A stretch of DNA of 64,000 nt from Lingula anatina (lineage: Eukaryota; Animalia; Brachiopoda). Location: positions 43,964,401-44,028,400 of the forward strand of contig CM120641.1 of assembly GCA_051362555.1 (NCBI GenBank), written 5' to 3'. Position 1 is the stretch's first letter, and every line of letters begins with the position of its first letter. Below the pieces are notes generated by a model. The model searched no databases. It was not told the DNA's origin and saw only the letters and a program-made list of their open reading frames with translations. The position numbers were made by a program, and so were the translations under genes. Shown here in pieces: positions 22,736 through 36,402 of this stretch.

Positions 22736-25700
22736 TTAATGCTCTATTGTTTTAGTAGATAATGTGTATATTGCTGATGGATCTTCGTCCTTAGTCATGA
22801 ACATATTGCTGTCGTAGTACAGTTTACCCTCTGCGTCGTACTTGTTGGTTAATTCGTCCAAGTTGCGAACTGCGTCCATCTCGCCTCTTGTTCTAAATAA
22901 AACAAGTAGAAAACTAGTGAATATGTGGGCGTGTCTCTCTCCTAAGAAATATATGAGTAATATTCATACAGAGTGTCAAACAAATAGACAAAGTAGAAAC
23001 TGTAACGTTCTGGTACTGTACACGCACAAAAGGCGATAAAAACGTCATTGACGGGAATTATATAGAAACGTGAATATTTATAGGCACGCACCTTGCTCTT
23101 TGGTAGAGTACTACTGAAACCACAATGACTGCAAGAACGAAACCTATACCAACAGCAAGAAGAATGGGCCAGTTTCTGTTCCACTGATCCTAGAATAAAG
23201 TATATTTCATTAACTAAGATTGCGACAGCTGTGTATTAATATGACAACCTTTCTGATAAGAAAATAACCATTTTGGGATTTTGAAGTAAAGTAAATATAT
23301 AAACCGCGAACTTTCCAGGCACAAAAAGACATTAATCACACTTGCCAATCAGCATTTTATCGAATTCAAACTCTCAAATACACAGCAAACCTTTTTAAGG
23401 ATGCAACCAACGGTAAAATCCACATTCTATTACGTTTAATTATAATAAACATACCTGTTGAGAGGTATTAGCAAGTGCCAGGGCCGTCAACTTGGAGGTG
23501 TCTCCAACATAGACATGCAGCTCTCTGGGTAACTCTGTGTCAATGGTCTCAATAAGTGTTCGGTTTATGACCGCTTGGACCCGGTCTGCGCTCACCTCAA
23601 GGCCACCGTCCAGAGCCCAGTACTGGACCTTGGTCACTATTTCTCTGGAACAAATACATGTGTAAAAGATAATTATTGAGCCAGCTGAGATATTTTTACA
23701 GCTGAGACATTTTTCTTTAAATTTATTTCTGGCCGTACAAATATGCCTAAATAGATTAACACTATTATCACAAAAATGTGAAATGTGTAGAAGCCCTAGT
23801 AAAGGAAGCGTGACGCTCTGATTATATATTTCTACATAAAGAACACGATTAGCAAAGTACCACTTCATACACTATAGTATGATGAAAATATCACCCTACC
23901 CAGTCGCTGTCACGAAGTCTTCTGTCTGGATTGTCACGGCCAAGTTTCCTAAAGATGGCGCAAGAAGTCGCTCTAGTGAATCTTGGACATCTGCTTTGTC
24001 TGTGTTCACGTAACCACCCGTAATGTATAATACATTACCTGCAAAATAACATAAAACAACACATTATAAAAATGGCAAAGAAGGAAACGGACATCGGGCT
24101 GAGACTTTATCATACAGATAGAAAGTATGATGCGTCCTTTGCACACTTATTGAAATCAAGTCACTTAATTATAGTTACAAGGAGATGTAAATACATATAT
24201 CATAGAAATAACAAGATCGTTAACAATATACTCGTTCTTTAAAAGCACTTACCCGCAGACAACTGAATAGTTGTTGTTGTCGTAGTTGGTGTTGTTGCGG
24301 TTACGATATTCTCACATCGCGAGCCAGTGAAACCAGCAGGACACAGGCATACGAAGGCATTGACGCCATCTGTACAGTTTCCGCCATTTTGGCACGGGGA
24401 ACCAGCACATTCGTCGATGTTAACCTGGCATTGGGGTCCAGTGTACCCAGCAAGGCATGTACATGAGTAACCTGCCACTAAGTCTCGGCAAACGGCGCCG
24501 TTAGCGCATGGGCTAGACGCACAGTCGTTGACATTCGCCTCGCAGTTTGTGCCCTCAAATCCAAGAGGGCATCGGCAACTGTAGCTGTTAAGTCCACTGG
24601 TACAAGTGGCGCCATTTTGGCACGGACTACTTCTGCACCTGTTTATGTCGTTTTCACACAAGGTCCCGTTGAAGCCAGGCCTACAGCGGCAAGTAAACCC
24701 GTTGACTTCATCCACACAGACACCTGTGTTGAGACAGGGGGTACTGGCACACTCGTCTATGTTCACATCACATACGGTGCCTGTAAAACCAGCAGCACAC
24801 TGGCAGTTGAAAGACGCAACCCCGTCTAGGCAAACGGCGCCATTAAGACAGGGGCGACTCGCACATTCATCGATGTTGGTTTGGCAAAGAGGTCCAGTAA
24901 ACCCTGTCGGGCATTGACATGTGTAATTGTTGACCCCATCAACGCACACAGCGTTGTTAAGACACACCACGCCGACGCAGTCGTCGATATTTGTCTCGCA
25001 ATATGTTCCTGTGAATCCTAACTTGCAAAGGCATGTGAATGTATTGTTCCCATTTCTACATGCGGCGCCGTTTTCGCATAAACCTAGAGCGCAGGTTGTT
25101 ATTCTGGTTTCGCATCGGGCTCCTGTGTATCCCGGTCTGCAGTCACAAACATATCCATTGACTCTGTCCCTGCACGTCGCTCCGTTGCTGCAAGGGTTGC
25201 TTGCGCATTCATCAATGATGTTTACCTCACACCTTGCGCCTGTGAACCCCGGAAGACACCTACAGGTGAATCCATTATTTCCATCCACGCAAGTGCCGCT
25301 GTTCTGGCAAGGGCTGTTAAAACAATCGTCCACGTTGGTCTCACATACCGAACCGGTGAACCCAGTGGGACAACGACATGTGAATCCATTGACTCGGTCC
25401 ATACAGGTGCCTCCGTTATTACAGGGAAAGCTGCTGCATTCGTTTATGTCGGTCTCACATTGCATCCCGGTGTATCCAAGGAGACAGGTGCAGTAAAATG
25501 AGTTAATGCCGTCGACACAGGTCGCGCCGTTACGGCATGGGGTACTGGCACATTCATTAATGTCCACCTCACACTTTGCCCCAGTGTAACCAGCAGGGCA
25601 CTGGCACGTGTACTTGCCAATGCCATCCAAGCACACGCCGCCGTTCTGGCAAGGGTTGCCGGCGCATTCATCTATATTTGTAGCACAGGTCGGCCCGGTA

Positions 25701-28700
25701 AACCCGGATTCACATATGCATATGAACATGTTGATTCCATCTGAGCAAGATGCACCGTTCTCACACGGGTTACTGGCACATTCGTTGATGTTGACCTCAC
25801 AGTTTCTTCCTGTATAACCTGGAACGCACTGGCACGTGTAACCGTTAACGCCATCGGCACACTTGCCTCCGTTTTGGCACGGTGTGCTGAGGCACTCGCT
25901 CACCCTGTTCTCACAGTTGATGCCTCCGTATCCTGAAGGACACAGGCATGTGTAAGAATTAATATCATCTCTGCATCGACCACCGTTTTGACAAGGATTA
26001 CTGGCACAGTCATCAAGGCTAGTCTGGCAGTCCGACCCGGTGAAACCAGCCAAGCACTGGCAGGTGTAGCTCGTGTTTCCTACAGCAGTGCAGAGCCCTT
26101 GGTTTTGGCAAGGGAACGAGCTGCAGCCGTTTCTGTTATCAAACTGACACCTGGGGCCGCTGATTCCCGTTGGACAGCGACAGGTGAATGAGTTTACACC
26201 CTGGGTACAGGTGCCCCCGTTGCTACACGGATTGGAGGCGCACTCATCGATGTCTACCTCACAAAACCTTCCATTGTACCCGGCCACACAGCGACATGTG
26301 TAGGAGTTGATACCATCGATACAAGTAGCCCCGTTTAGGCAAGGGTTGCTGGCACATTCATTGATGTTGGTCTCACAGTTTGTACCTGTAAAGCCAGTTA
26401 CGCATTGGCAGATGTAGCTGTTGATATTGTTCATGCATATACCACGGTTCTGACAAGGGTTACTGGCACATTCGTTGATGTTGGTCTCACATGTTTGGCC
26501 AGTAAAGCCAGGCTGACACTGGCACGTAAAGCCGTTCACTCTATCTGTGCAGTTACCATTGTTTTGACACGGCGTGCTAGCACAGTCGTTAATGTTTGTT
26601 TCACAGTTCTTTCCTGTAAATCCCGTCTGACAGGCACACCTATACTCTGCTACACCATCCATACAGAATGCGCCATTCTGACAGGGATTACTGGCACATT
26701 CGTCAATGTTGAATTGGCAGTTTGCACCCGAGAAACCAGTTCGACACTGGCATGTATAGCCATTAATGCCGTCTGTGCATGTGCCACCATTTTCGCAAGG
26801 TCTAAGGGAGCACTCGTTGATGTTGGTCTCGCATTTTGAACCCGTGAAGCCAGCCAGGCACTGACACGTGTACCCATTGATAGCATCTGTACAAGAACCG
26901 CCATTTTGGCATGGCTGAACGGCACATTCGTTAAAATTCGTCTCACAGTTTTTGCCTGTAAACCCAGCCAAACAAATACAGGTATATCCATTGACACCGT
27001 CTAAACAAGTGCCGCCATTCTGACAAGGTCTTACGGCACATTCATTTATATCAGTTTCACAGTTTCGTCCAAAGAAACCAGGTTGGCATCGACAGGTATA
27101 TCCATTCACGCCGTCCACACACACCCCACTGTTTTGGCATGGTGAGCTTGAGCATTCGTTGATGTTGGTTTGACATGTAGACCCTGTATATCCAAGTGGG
27201 CACTGACAGGCGTAGGAATTCACGAGATCGACGCAGGTGCCACCGTTCTGACACGGCGTGCTAGCACAGTCGTTAATGTTTGTTTCACAGTTCTTTCCCG
27301 TAAATCCCGTTTGACAGGCACACCTGTACTCTGCTACACCATCCACACAGAATGCGCCATTCTGACACGGATTGCTGGCACAATCGTTAATGTTGGTCTC
27401 ACAGTTTGATCCCGTGAACCCTGTCGCACATACGCAACTGTATCTGTTCAGGTCGTTGACGCAGAATGCCCCGTTCTGACAAGGTCTGCTGGCACACTCG
27501 TCAATATCGTTTTCGCAATTTGTTCCTGTATAACCTGCAACACACTGGCAAGTGTACGAGTTGACTCCCTGTATACAACTGCCGCCATTTCTGCACGGAT
27601 TGCTGGAACATTCTTGTATTTTCGACTCACAGTTTGTTCCCGTGAAACCGTTAACACACTGGCAAGAATATGAATTTGCACCGTCCAGACAAGTGGCGCC
27701 ATTTTGGCAAGGGTTACTGGCGCATTCATTGATATTTGTCTCACAGTTTGTGCCGGTAAAGCCACCTGCGCATTGACAGATGTACCTGTTGATTTCGTTG
27801 ATGCATATGCCGCGATTTTGACAAGGGTTGCTAGCACATTCATTGATATTGGTCTCACAGTTTGTGCCGGTAAACCCTCTTACACACTGACACGTGTAGG
27901 TAAGGCCACCTGTTGGCGTACATATCCCAGTATTTTGGCAAGGGAAGCTAGAGCAGCCATTGGCGATCCTTGTTTGACAATTTCGTCCAGTGTATTCAGA
28001 AGGACACTGGCATGAGTATGTGTTGATACCCTGTGTACAGGTTGCCCCGTTCTGACAAGGTCCACTAGCGCATTCATCAATATCAGTTTGGCAGTTGGTT
28101 CCAGTGAATCCTGGTCGGCATTGGCATGAGTAGGCATTGACCATATCTGTACATACACCACCGTTCTGACATGGAGCACTGGCACACTCGTTTATGTTGG
28201 TCTCACAGTTATTTCCTGTGAATCCTGCCGGGCACTGACAGCTGTATACATTCTTGCCGTGAGAGCAGGTGCCCCCATTACGACACGGACTGCTGGCACA
28301 TTCATCGATGTCTGTTTCACAATTGGAACCAGTGAATCCAGTAACACACTGACAAGTGTAAACGTTGATGCCGTCCGTGCAACTTCCTCCATTTTGACAA
28401 GGAGTACTGGCACATTCATTGATGTTCATCTGACAGTTTGTTCCAGTATAACCTGCAACACACTGGCAAGTGTACGAGTTGACTCCCTGGATACAACTGC
28501 CACCATTTCTGCACGGATTGCTGGAACATTCTTGGATTTTCGACTCACAGTTTGTTCCCGTGAAACCGTTGACACACTGGCAAGAATATGAATTTACACC
28601 GTCCAAACAAGTGGCGCCATTTTGGCAAGGGTTACTGGCACATTCATTGATATTTGTCTCACAGTTTGTGCCGGTAAAGCCACCTGCGCATTGACAAATG

Positions 28701-31700
28701 TACCTATTGATGTCGTTGATGCATATACCACGGTTTTGACAAGGGTTGCTGGCGCATTCATTGATATTGGTCTCACAGTTTGTGCCGGTAAAGCCTCTTA
28801 CACACTGACACGTGTAGGTAAGGCCACCTGTTGGCGTACATATCCCAGTATTTTGGCAAGGGAAGCTAGAGCAGCCATTGGCGATCCTTGTTTGACAATT
28901 TCGTCCGGTGTATTCAGAAGGACACTGGCACGTGTATGTGTTGATACCCTGTGTACAGGTTGCCCCGTTCTGACAAGGTCCACTAGCGCATTCATCAATG
29001 TCAGTTTGGCAGTTGGTTCCAGTAAATCCCGGGCGGCATTGGCATGAGTAGGCATTGACCATGTCTGTACATATACCACCGTTCTGACATGGGGCACTGG
29101 CACACTCGTTAATGTTGGTCTCACAGTTCTTTCCTGTAAATCCTGCTGGACACTGGCAATTGTATATGTTGATGCCATGAGAACAGGTGCCCCCATTACG
29201 GCACGGATTGCTGGCACATTCATTGATATCTACTTCACAGTTGGAACCATTAAATCCAGTAATACACCGGCAAGTATAACCGTTGATACCGTCCGTGCAA
29301 GTACCTCCATTTTGACAAGGAGTGCTGGCACATTCGTTGATATTCATTTGACAGTTTGTTCCAGTATAACCAGCAACACACTGGCAGGTGTACGAGTTGA
29401 CTCCCTGTATACAACTGCCGCCATTTCTGCACGGATTGCTGGAACATTCTTGGATTTTCGACTCACAGTCTGTGCCCGTGAAACCGTTGACACACTGGCA
29501 AGAATATGAATTTACACCGTCCAAACAAGTGGCACCATTTTGGCAAGGGTTACTGGCGCATTCATTGATATTTGTCTCACAGTTTGTGCCGGTAAAGCCA
29601 CCTGCGCATTGACAAATGTACCTATTGATGTCGTTGATGCATATACCACGGTTTTGACAAGGGTTGCTGGCACATTCATTGATATTGGTCTCACAGTTTG
29701 TGCCGGTAAAGCCTCTTACACACTGACACGTGTAGGTAAGGCCACCTGTTGGTGTACATATCCCAGTATTTTGGCAAGGGAAGCTAGAGCAGCCATTGGC
29801 GATCCTTGTTTGACAATTTCGTCCGGTGTATTCAGAAGGACACTGGCACGTGTATGTGTTGATACCCTGTGTACAGGTTGCCCCGTTCTGACATGGCCCA
29901 CTAGCGCATTCATCAATGTCAGTTTGGCAGTTGGTTCCAGTGAATCCCGGTCGGCATTGGCATGAGTAGGCATTGACCATATCTGTACATACACCACCAT
30001 TCTGGCATGGAGCACTGGCACACTCGTTAATGTTGGTTTCACAGTTTGTTCCAGTAAACCCAGCAGCACACTGGCATGTGTATGAATTTACCCACTGGAT
30101 GCAATTGCCGCCATTTCTGCAAGGGTTGCTGGAGCATTCTTGAATTTTAGTTTCGCAGTTTCCTCCTGTGAAACCTGTAACACACTGGCAAGAATACAAA
30201 TTGATGCCGTCTAAACAAGTTCCGCCATATTGGCAAGGGTTACTGGCGCATTCATTGATGTTTATCTCACAGTTTGTGCCCGTAAAACCAGCCGCACACT
30301 GACAGATGTACCTGTTTCTGTCATTGAAGCATGTGCCACGGTTTTGACAGGGGTTACTGGCACATGCATTAATGTCGGTTTCACAATTTGTTCCCGTAAA
30401 TCCGCTAGCACACTGACACCTATAGCCAGTGCTACCAACAGGTATACAAACTCCCGTGTTCTGACAGGGAGAATTGGAACAGCCATTTGTGTTTCTAATT
30501 TCACAGTTCGTGCCAGAGAAACCGGACGGGCAACTGCAAACATAGCTGTTTATCATATCCCTGCACGTAGCCCCGTTTCTACATGGCCCGCTCGCGCATT
30601 CGTCGATGTTAATTTCGCAATCAGTTCCCGTAAATCCTGCCACACACTGACACGTGTAGGAGTTGACGAGATCTGAACATGTCCCGCCATTTTGACACGG
30701 CACTCTGGCGCATTCGTCGATGTTAACTCCGCAGGTAACTCCCGTGTACCCTGGTCGACACATGCACGTGAACGCATTTTGACGGTCCAAGCACAATGCG
30801 CCGTTTTGACAGGGATTGCTGGCACATTCGTTGACGTCGACCTGGCAGCGAGACCCTGCGAACCCCGGCACACAGCGGCACGTGTAGGAATTCACACCAT
30901 CAACACAAGTACCGAAATTCAGGCATGGATCACTTGCACACTCGTTGACGTTTGTAGCGCATGTTGTTCCAGTATACCCAGCTGGACATACACAGGTGAA
31001 GGAGTTGACGCCATCTATGCACCGAGCGCCATTTTCACAAGGGTTGCTGCCACATTCATCAATATTAATCTCGCAGTTAGTCCCAGCAAACCCGGCGGTA
31101 CATTGACAGCGGTACGAGTTGATGCCGTCAATGCATAACGCCCCGTTCTGGCACGGAGTACTGGCGCACTCGTTCACGTTCACTTGACAGTTTGTCCCTG
31201 AGAATCCCGCGGCGCACTGACAGGTATACGCGTTGTTTCCTTGAACACAGGTTCCACCATTTTGACAAGGGTTGCTAGAACATTCCAACACTTTCGACTG
31301 ACAGTTCGTGCCAGCGTACCCAGGAGGACAAATACACGTGTACATGTTGTTACCGTCAAAACAACTCCCGCCGTTTACGCATGGATTGCTGGCGCACTCG
31401 TCCACATTGGTGCCGCAATCAAACCCGACCCAACCTGGTGAGAAAATGAAGAGATTGTGACAGAGATGCCTCATATTTCAAGAGGAAGTTACATTTTCTT
31501 ATTTTTATTTTCATTTATATGTCCTGCCAGATCTTACAATTTACTTTTTGACCTTATTCACTGTATAATTACTAGTAAGTATATTCACTAATTGATCTAC
31601 AAAATGAAAAAGTTAAATTAACCAAAACAAAAATCACGATAATTCCTTAGTTGCATCACCTTTACATAAGTTTTGGAATCACTCATTTCAAATGTAACGC

Positions 31701-34700
31701 GGTATATTCTATCCATTATTTCCACTATACCCTCTGGAATTATGCTTTCACTATTACAAGTACAATGACATTCATTTTACCTGGATCACAATATGCTTTG
31801 ACGTTGAAGGTCAACCTGAATAAGAAGAGAAAGACGTTAAGTTAAATGTAACTGATTAAGCGAAATTGTATTTGTTTATCAGAGTATTCATTTACAAAAT
31901 TATCTAAGCGTTATGTCTGTTAGTATCTGTACATCAGCCTTCTTTTCATTTATATCTAAGTTTAAAGTATGCCATAAATCAACATTGACAGGTCACACTA
32001 TGGAGCAATCAAGCTTGTTTCAGACTTGAATCCAATATAAGAATCCTAGTTTCCTAGATAAACTAACATATGGAGACCACCGGCAACTTACGACGTTGGT
32101 TCTTGCTGTCTCTGCCCCGTGATGCTCTCAAAGTTCCACAAGTTGTCGCCAACGTTCTGTACTATCGCATTTACGGGAATGACGGCTTCAAATGTGTCCA
32201 CTCTATCGTCTCCCGGGTTCCCGTCCAGCGTGGCTGCTACATCTTTGTCTATAACGTCCACTTTGATTTTAAATGACCCCTAAAAAGAGGATTCGTACGG
32301 CATTTAAAATGCGAACGTGGATGAGAGAGAGAGAGAGAGGGAGAGAGAGAGATGGATGGGGGTTTACCCCCAATTCAGGAACTAGGCAACGAGGATACAA
32401 ATCTGGCGACACATCTAAGGCTGCGGCGAGGGACTATTGTTAATAATTATACCAAACTACCTTTAAGAGAAAATGTGCCAGCTACCAGCAAAGTAATTTA
32501 TATACACGTAAAATGCTGCGTAACCCGATATGATATAAGTATTAATTATTGCAAGACGCGCATATTGTCACTTATTTGTTCGGTGACAATCACACGTATC
32601 CCAGATTAACAAAACTAAATATATCAATTGATTTTAATGCGTCATTAAAGATATGTAGTTCCAAAAAAGGTAAAAACCTTATTCTTTAACTTAATATCTA
32701 AGTAGATTAAGGGATTAATAAAAATCGTGAAGGCTTTTCAAAAGGAGACATCTTATGGTACATTTTAGAAAAAAATGCTGAGTAAAGTATTGATATATTA
32801 AAAAAAAAGAATTCATAACGGCCACGTGGTAAAGTTCGCCCAAAAGGGAACCTTACCTGCCACGGTGTAAAGTTTGCTTTAAAAGGATTAATACCGAACA
32901 TGTATAACATTTGCCAAGAAAGGATTCTTACCGGCCACGTGGTAAAGTTCGCCAGAAAAGGATTCTTGGTTTCATCTGGTCCTGTTTGGAAGTTGATGTC
33001 ATTGGACTGGATGGATCCAACATAGCCTGTGGACCCGTACGCACACGACTCTATGTCACTATTTCTGAAGGTAAAAAGTACAGCATAATGTTGATTTAAC
33101 CTAATTATGAAAAATTATTTAAAGGCAACATTTCTTGGATTTTCCCTCCAAATAGAATCTTTCTTGAAAAAAAAAAGAATTTACCCAAGAATCATTGCTT
33201 GACCCGTCCCTACCCTTGGAACCGATTTTTGTACCATTTCTTATTAACTAAAAAAAATTCGGCCTATCATTTGTTTAGAGCGCCATGTCTTCCATTACAT
33301 TTCAGAACATATCTCCGTCATTCAGTAAACTACTTTCTTATGTCCTCATTGGATCAGCTCTCCTCCACTACTAAATGGTTACCTTCTTTTAAGAGATTTT
33401 TAAAAAATTAACCTTACTGCAGGATCGCTTTTAACCACCTCTCTTGATGTGAACAGAAGTCAGGAAAAAATTAACAGAGCGAGGGTTGGGTGTTTGTTTA
33501 TTATAAAGCTGAACAGTAGAGGCATAAGTGGAATACAGTCACTTCACTGCACCTGTGGCGCTAACGATACTCGGTATGAAAGCTACCCGCTCCTTTGCAA
33601 AAAATTATAGATGAAATATTGCAGAGAAATAAGGTGTTTTTTAGAACTCGAAAGGATAAACTTAAACCTCTTAATTATATATATAGAAAGTAACTGGAAA
33701 TGGAGTACGGTTCTTAGCCGATTACCATTCCTGTCACACGGTACAAAAGTAAGTTACTAAATAACATGCTATCCATATCATATGCCCTCATATTTGTTAT
33801 TATTTTCTTTGCATAGAAAGAAAAAAAAAGAAAAATAAACCAAAAAACATCAAATTAATTTTGTATCTCCATTCGTTTTCTTTAACTTTTGTGATGGACG
33901 CTATATATTATTGCAAAAAATAATCTAATACTACATGTAATAACAAACCTCCATATTGATTTACACGATGTTATATATGTTTATTAAGGGGGGGGGGTGC
34001 GCGTGCATGAGGGCGGGAGAAAGGCACGAGCAGAAATGTAGAATATGGGTGTGACCCAGAGAAAAAGCGTGCGTGTAGGGTATCACTACCAAAATACCCA
34101 CATATTACTCCCTTATAACTATGCTGGTAGTTACATAATGTATACAAATTCTTATCACTTATCAAGAATTAATGAGCTTTCGGTTAAACGTAGTATTTAA
34201 ACAGCCGGTCATCTATTTCGTAATTTAATCGTGGTTCTGCAAATAAGGTGTAAACCCTTTAATGCTTACGCAAGTACGTTTCACACACACCATAGTACAG
34301 GTGATATGAATGACTTTAGTCAAAAACGAACATCAGACATGATTTTAACCTTGAATATATCAGTAGCATGGAGAAAACGAAACGTAATTTTCAGACTCAT
34401 TGCGAAAAAAGTCACTACAATGTAGAAACAGACATTGAAAAACTAGGTTACTATACCAGTTTGCAGATAAAAATTTACATTAACTGCGACCTATTGTGGT
34501 CACTGGGGACTGTAGAGATGCGATGCTTTTTTTAAATTTAAGAATCTAAACCTTTACACATACTGCTCTCACCCTATTACTCTGCTAATGCTCCGTGCAG
34601 CAACTAATTGGTTAAAAAAACCCTAAACCGCAGTATTTTATGTCATATTTGATACATAAATCCCCCACTTGTTACGTCATATACAAGTATTTTATTGAAT

Positions 34701-36402
34701 TCAAATTGTTATTAGGAGCAGTTGATAACTCTACCATATAAGATAATTTGTTTAAAAAAAAAACACAGTTTAACTGACCTGAACGTATAAAATTTTCATT
34801 ATGAAAACATTTACAACCATTTTATGTGTATAAATACATCTGTCTATATGAGTTACGACCGCAATTTTTAAATTAAAATTAAAATTAAAATTAATATGGT
34901 TCCACAAATAATAATTACTAGTATGCAACGTGTCAATCACCCTGGAATCAACTTTAATTGAACTGGGGGCGTGAAAATAATGATGTAAAACTTCAATAAT
35001 ATCATATAATATAAGGTTTGGTTCGCTTGAAAACGATCATTTGTCAACAGTGAGGATTTTGGAAGGCATTATCCCCATTCTTATACAAGTAGCACGTAAA
35101 CTTTGGAAAATCCTCATGGGAAATTAACTAAAAGAAAAATAGAGTCGGGATTTTATTATGAGTATTTAAAAAGACACCACCCTAATTTGACCGTTGACCA
35201 AATGCCGCCTCAACTAGGCTGGTCCCATTTCTCTCAGGTTAAGTATACAGGCATAGTTGATAACACTGCAGCGTATGGCATGTTTTGATGCGACCCCAGA
35301 GACCAAGTTGAAGTCTCCAAAGATGGTAAATTAGCTGACAACGTTTATGGTCACTAAACTAATAAAGTTATGGACATTTATGTACTAAATATGGAAAAAG
35401 CAATAACTTGGTGGCTAAAATATTAAATTAGTTAAATTTAGAATATAAAATAATACACTGTATCGACTTATTTGACGCACCTTAGCAGGGCGTAGCTACC
35501 TTCTTCCGTCATTTTTATCATAAATATTACTCCTTTTGTTCTTGAAATTTGTTTGGTTTGAGGGCGACTGTTCTACTACTTGGGTTATTACTCATTTCAA
35601 ACGTATCTACCACAGGTCTAGTATTCACGAAATAGTTCATTTTTATCTGGAACCTAGTTTACAAAAATAAAAAGAATAACAACATTAAAAATTATATCTA
35701 GATTAAATCAACTTACCCGCCAGGTGCATCAAAACACAGTTTGAAGGATGTGTCGCAAGGATCGAGATTACAGAAAAATGTTAAAGAGTTATCACAGCAC
35801 TGGCCGCTGGCGCGTTTGTGGTTCTCATTTTTAAAACTAAGAAGCTGTACTGCTATCTTGCCGGTCGCATCAACTGCTACAAAAAACTGCAATGGTAAAT
35901 TATAAGTGGTTAGGTTCTTGAACATAATCATCGATACACATCAATCATCGTGTTTTTTATATATTCAGCCTGGATAACCGTGCATATACTAGATAAAAAC
36001 GTTGAAATACTACGTTTTGTTTAGTGTTATGGCATACAACTCATCTGCATATCAATTAGTATATATAAATTATCATATAGTATACTAAAGTAAACCATTT
36101 GCAGGCTCTGTTTGGACCGTGTCGGACGATAAGATTTACATGCATTTCTTTAACTAATGTCTTTTTCATTTAATTTTATCGTTCATGAAAGGTAAGGCTT
36201 TTTCATGCCTTTGTAATTTTTTAGGACAGAATCTATGTTATAATTAAGAGAGTCCAAAGGTTCAAGAAGAACAATTAACAAATTAAAACATTATAGAAAA
36301 CATTTGAGGAATTTCATTTAGAAAGATAGTGATTATACTCACGAAGCACGACGTCCAAAGTATTAATATCCAAATCGAAGTCGCCTTTGAGGAGGCGTCC
36401 AT
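22736..36402 (-). CDS. Cluster gene 1: Notch-ligand-like type-I membrane protein (signal peptide, MNNL/C2, DSL remnant, 62 EGF, Thr-rich stalk, juxtamembrane domain, TM, short tail), ~2783 aa
   Basis: Exons 36402-36343, 35886-35717, 33064-32932, 32279-32092, 31815-31781, 31434-24253 (7182 nt), 24038-23900, 23644-23455, 23189-23092, 22892-22736; 8352 nt, all phases compatible. MNNL-like motifs ATGKIAVQLLSFKN..GQCC..CDTSFKLCF, SCAYGS..NPFLANFTTWPGSFKIKVDV. TM segment WPILLAVGIGFVLAVIVVSVVLY followed by QRARTR. Confidence 0.88.
27509..30034 (-). repeat. Higher-order coding repeat: 918-nt, 8-EGF cassette, about 2.75 copies
   Basis: EGF13-20, 21-28 and 29-34 repeat nearly identically. Shadow ORFs recur at 27552/28470/29388, a period of 918. 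Confidence 0.92.

Noticed and set aside
22742-22775. ITIM in the gene 1 tail (SAIYTLS)
   Set aside because: It does not fit (S/I/V/L)xYxx(I/V/L): position -2 is Ala and +3 is Ser.
24606-31441. Many 60-260 aa ORFs overlapping the EGF exons (also at 46-48, 53-55 and 60-62 kb)
   Set aside because: These are shadow frames of repetitive Cys/Gly/Asn/Thr codons; they recur with the EGF period and show no independent features.
24239-31474. Calling the 2411-aa ORF a complete single-exon Notch or fibropellin gene
   Set aside because: Its first 13 and last few residues are intronic. No LNR or ankyrin domains (Notch) and no CUB or avidin domains (fibropellin) are visible.
22736-36402. Assigning the symbol Delta or Jagged/Serrate
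   Set aside because: There is no intact DSL domain, no Jagged-type Cys-rich domain, and the EGF number is very different.
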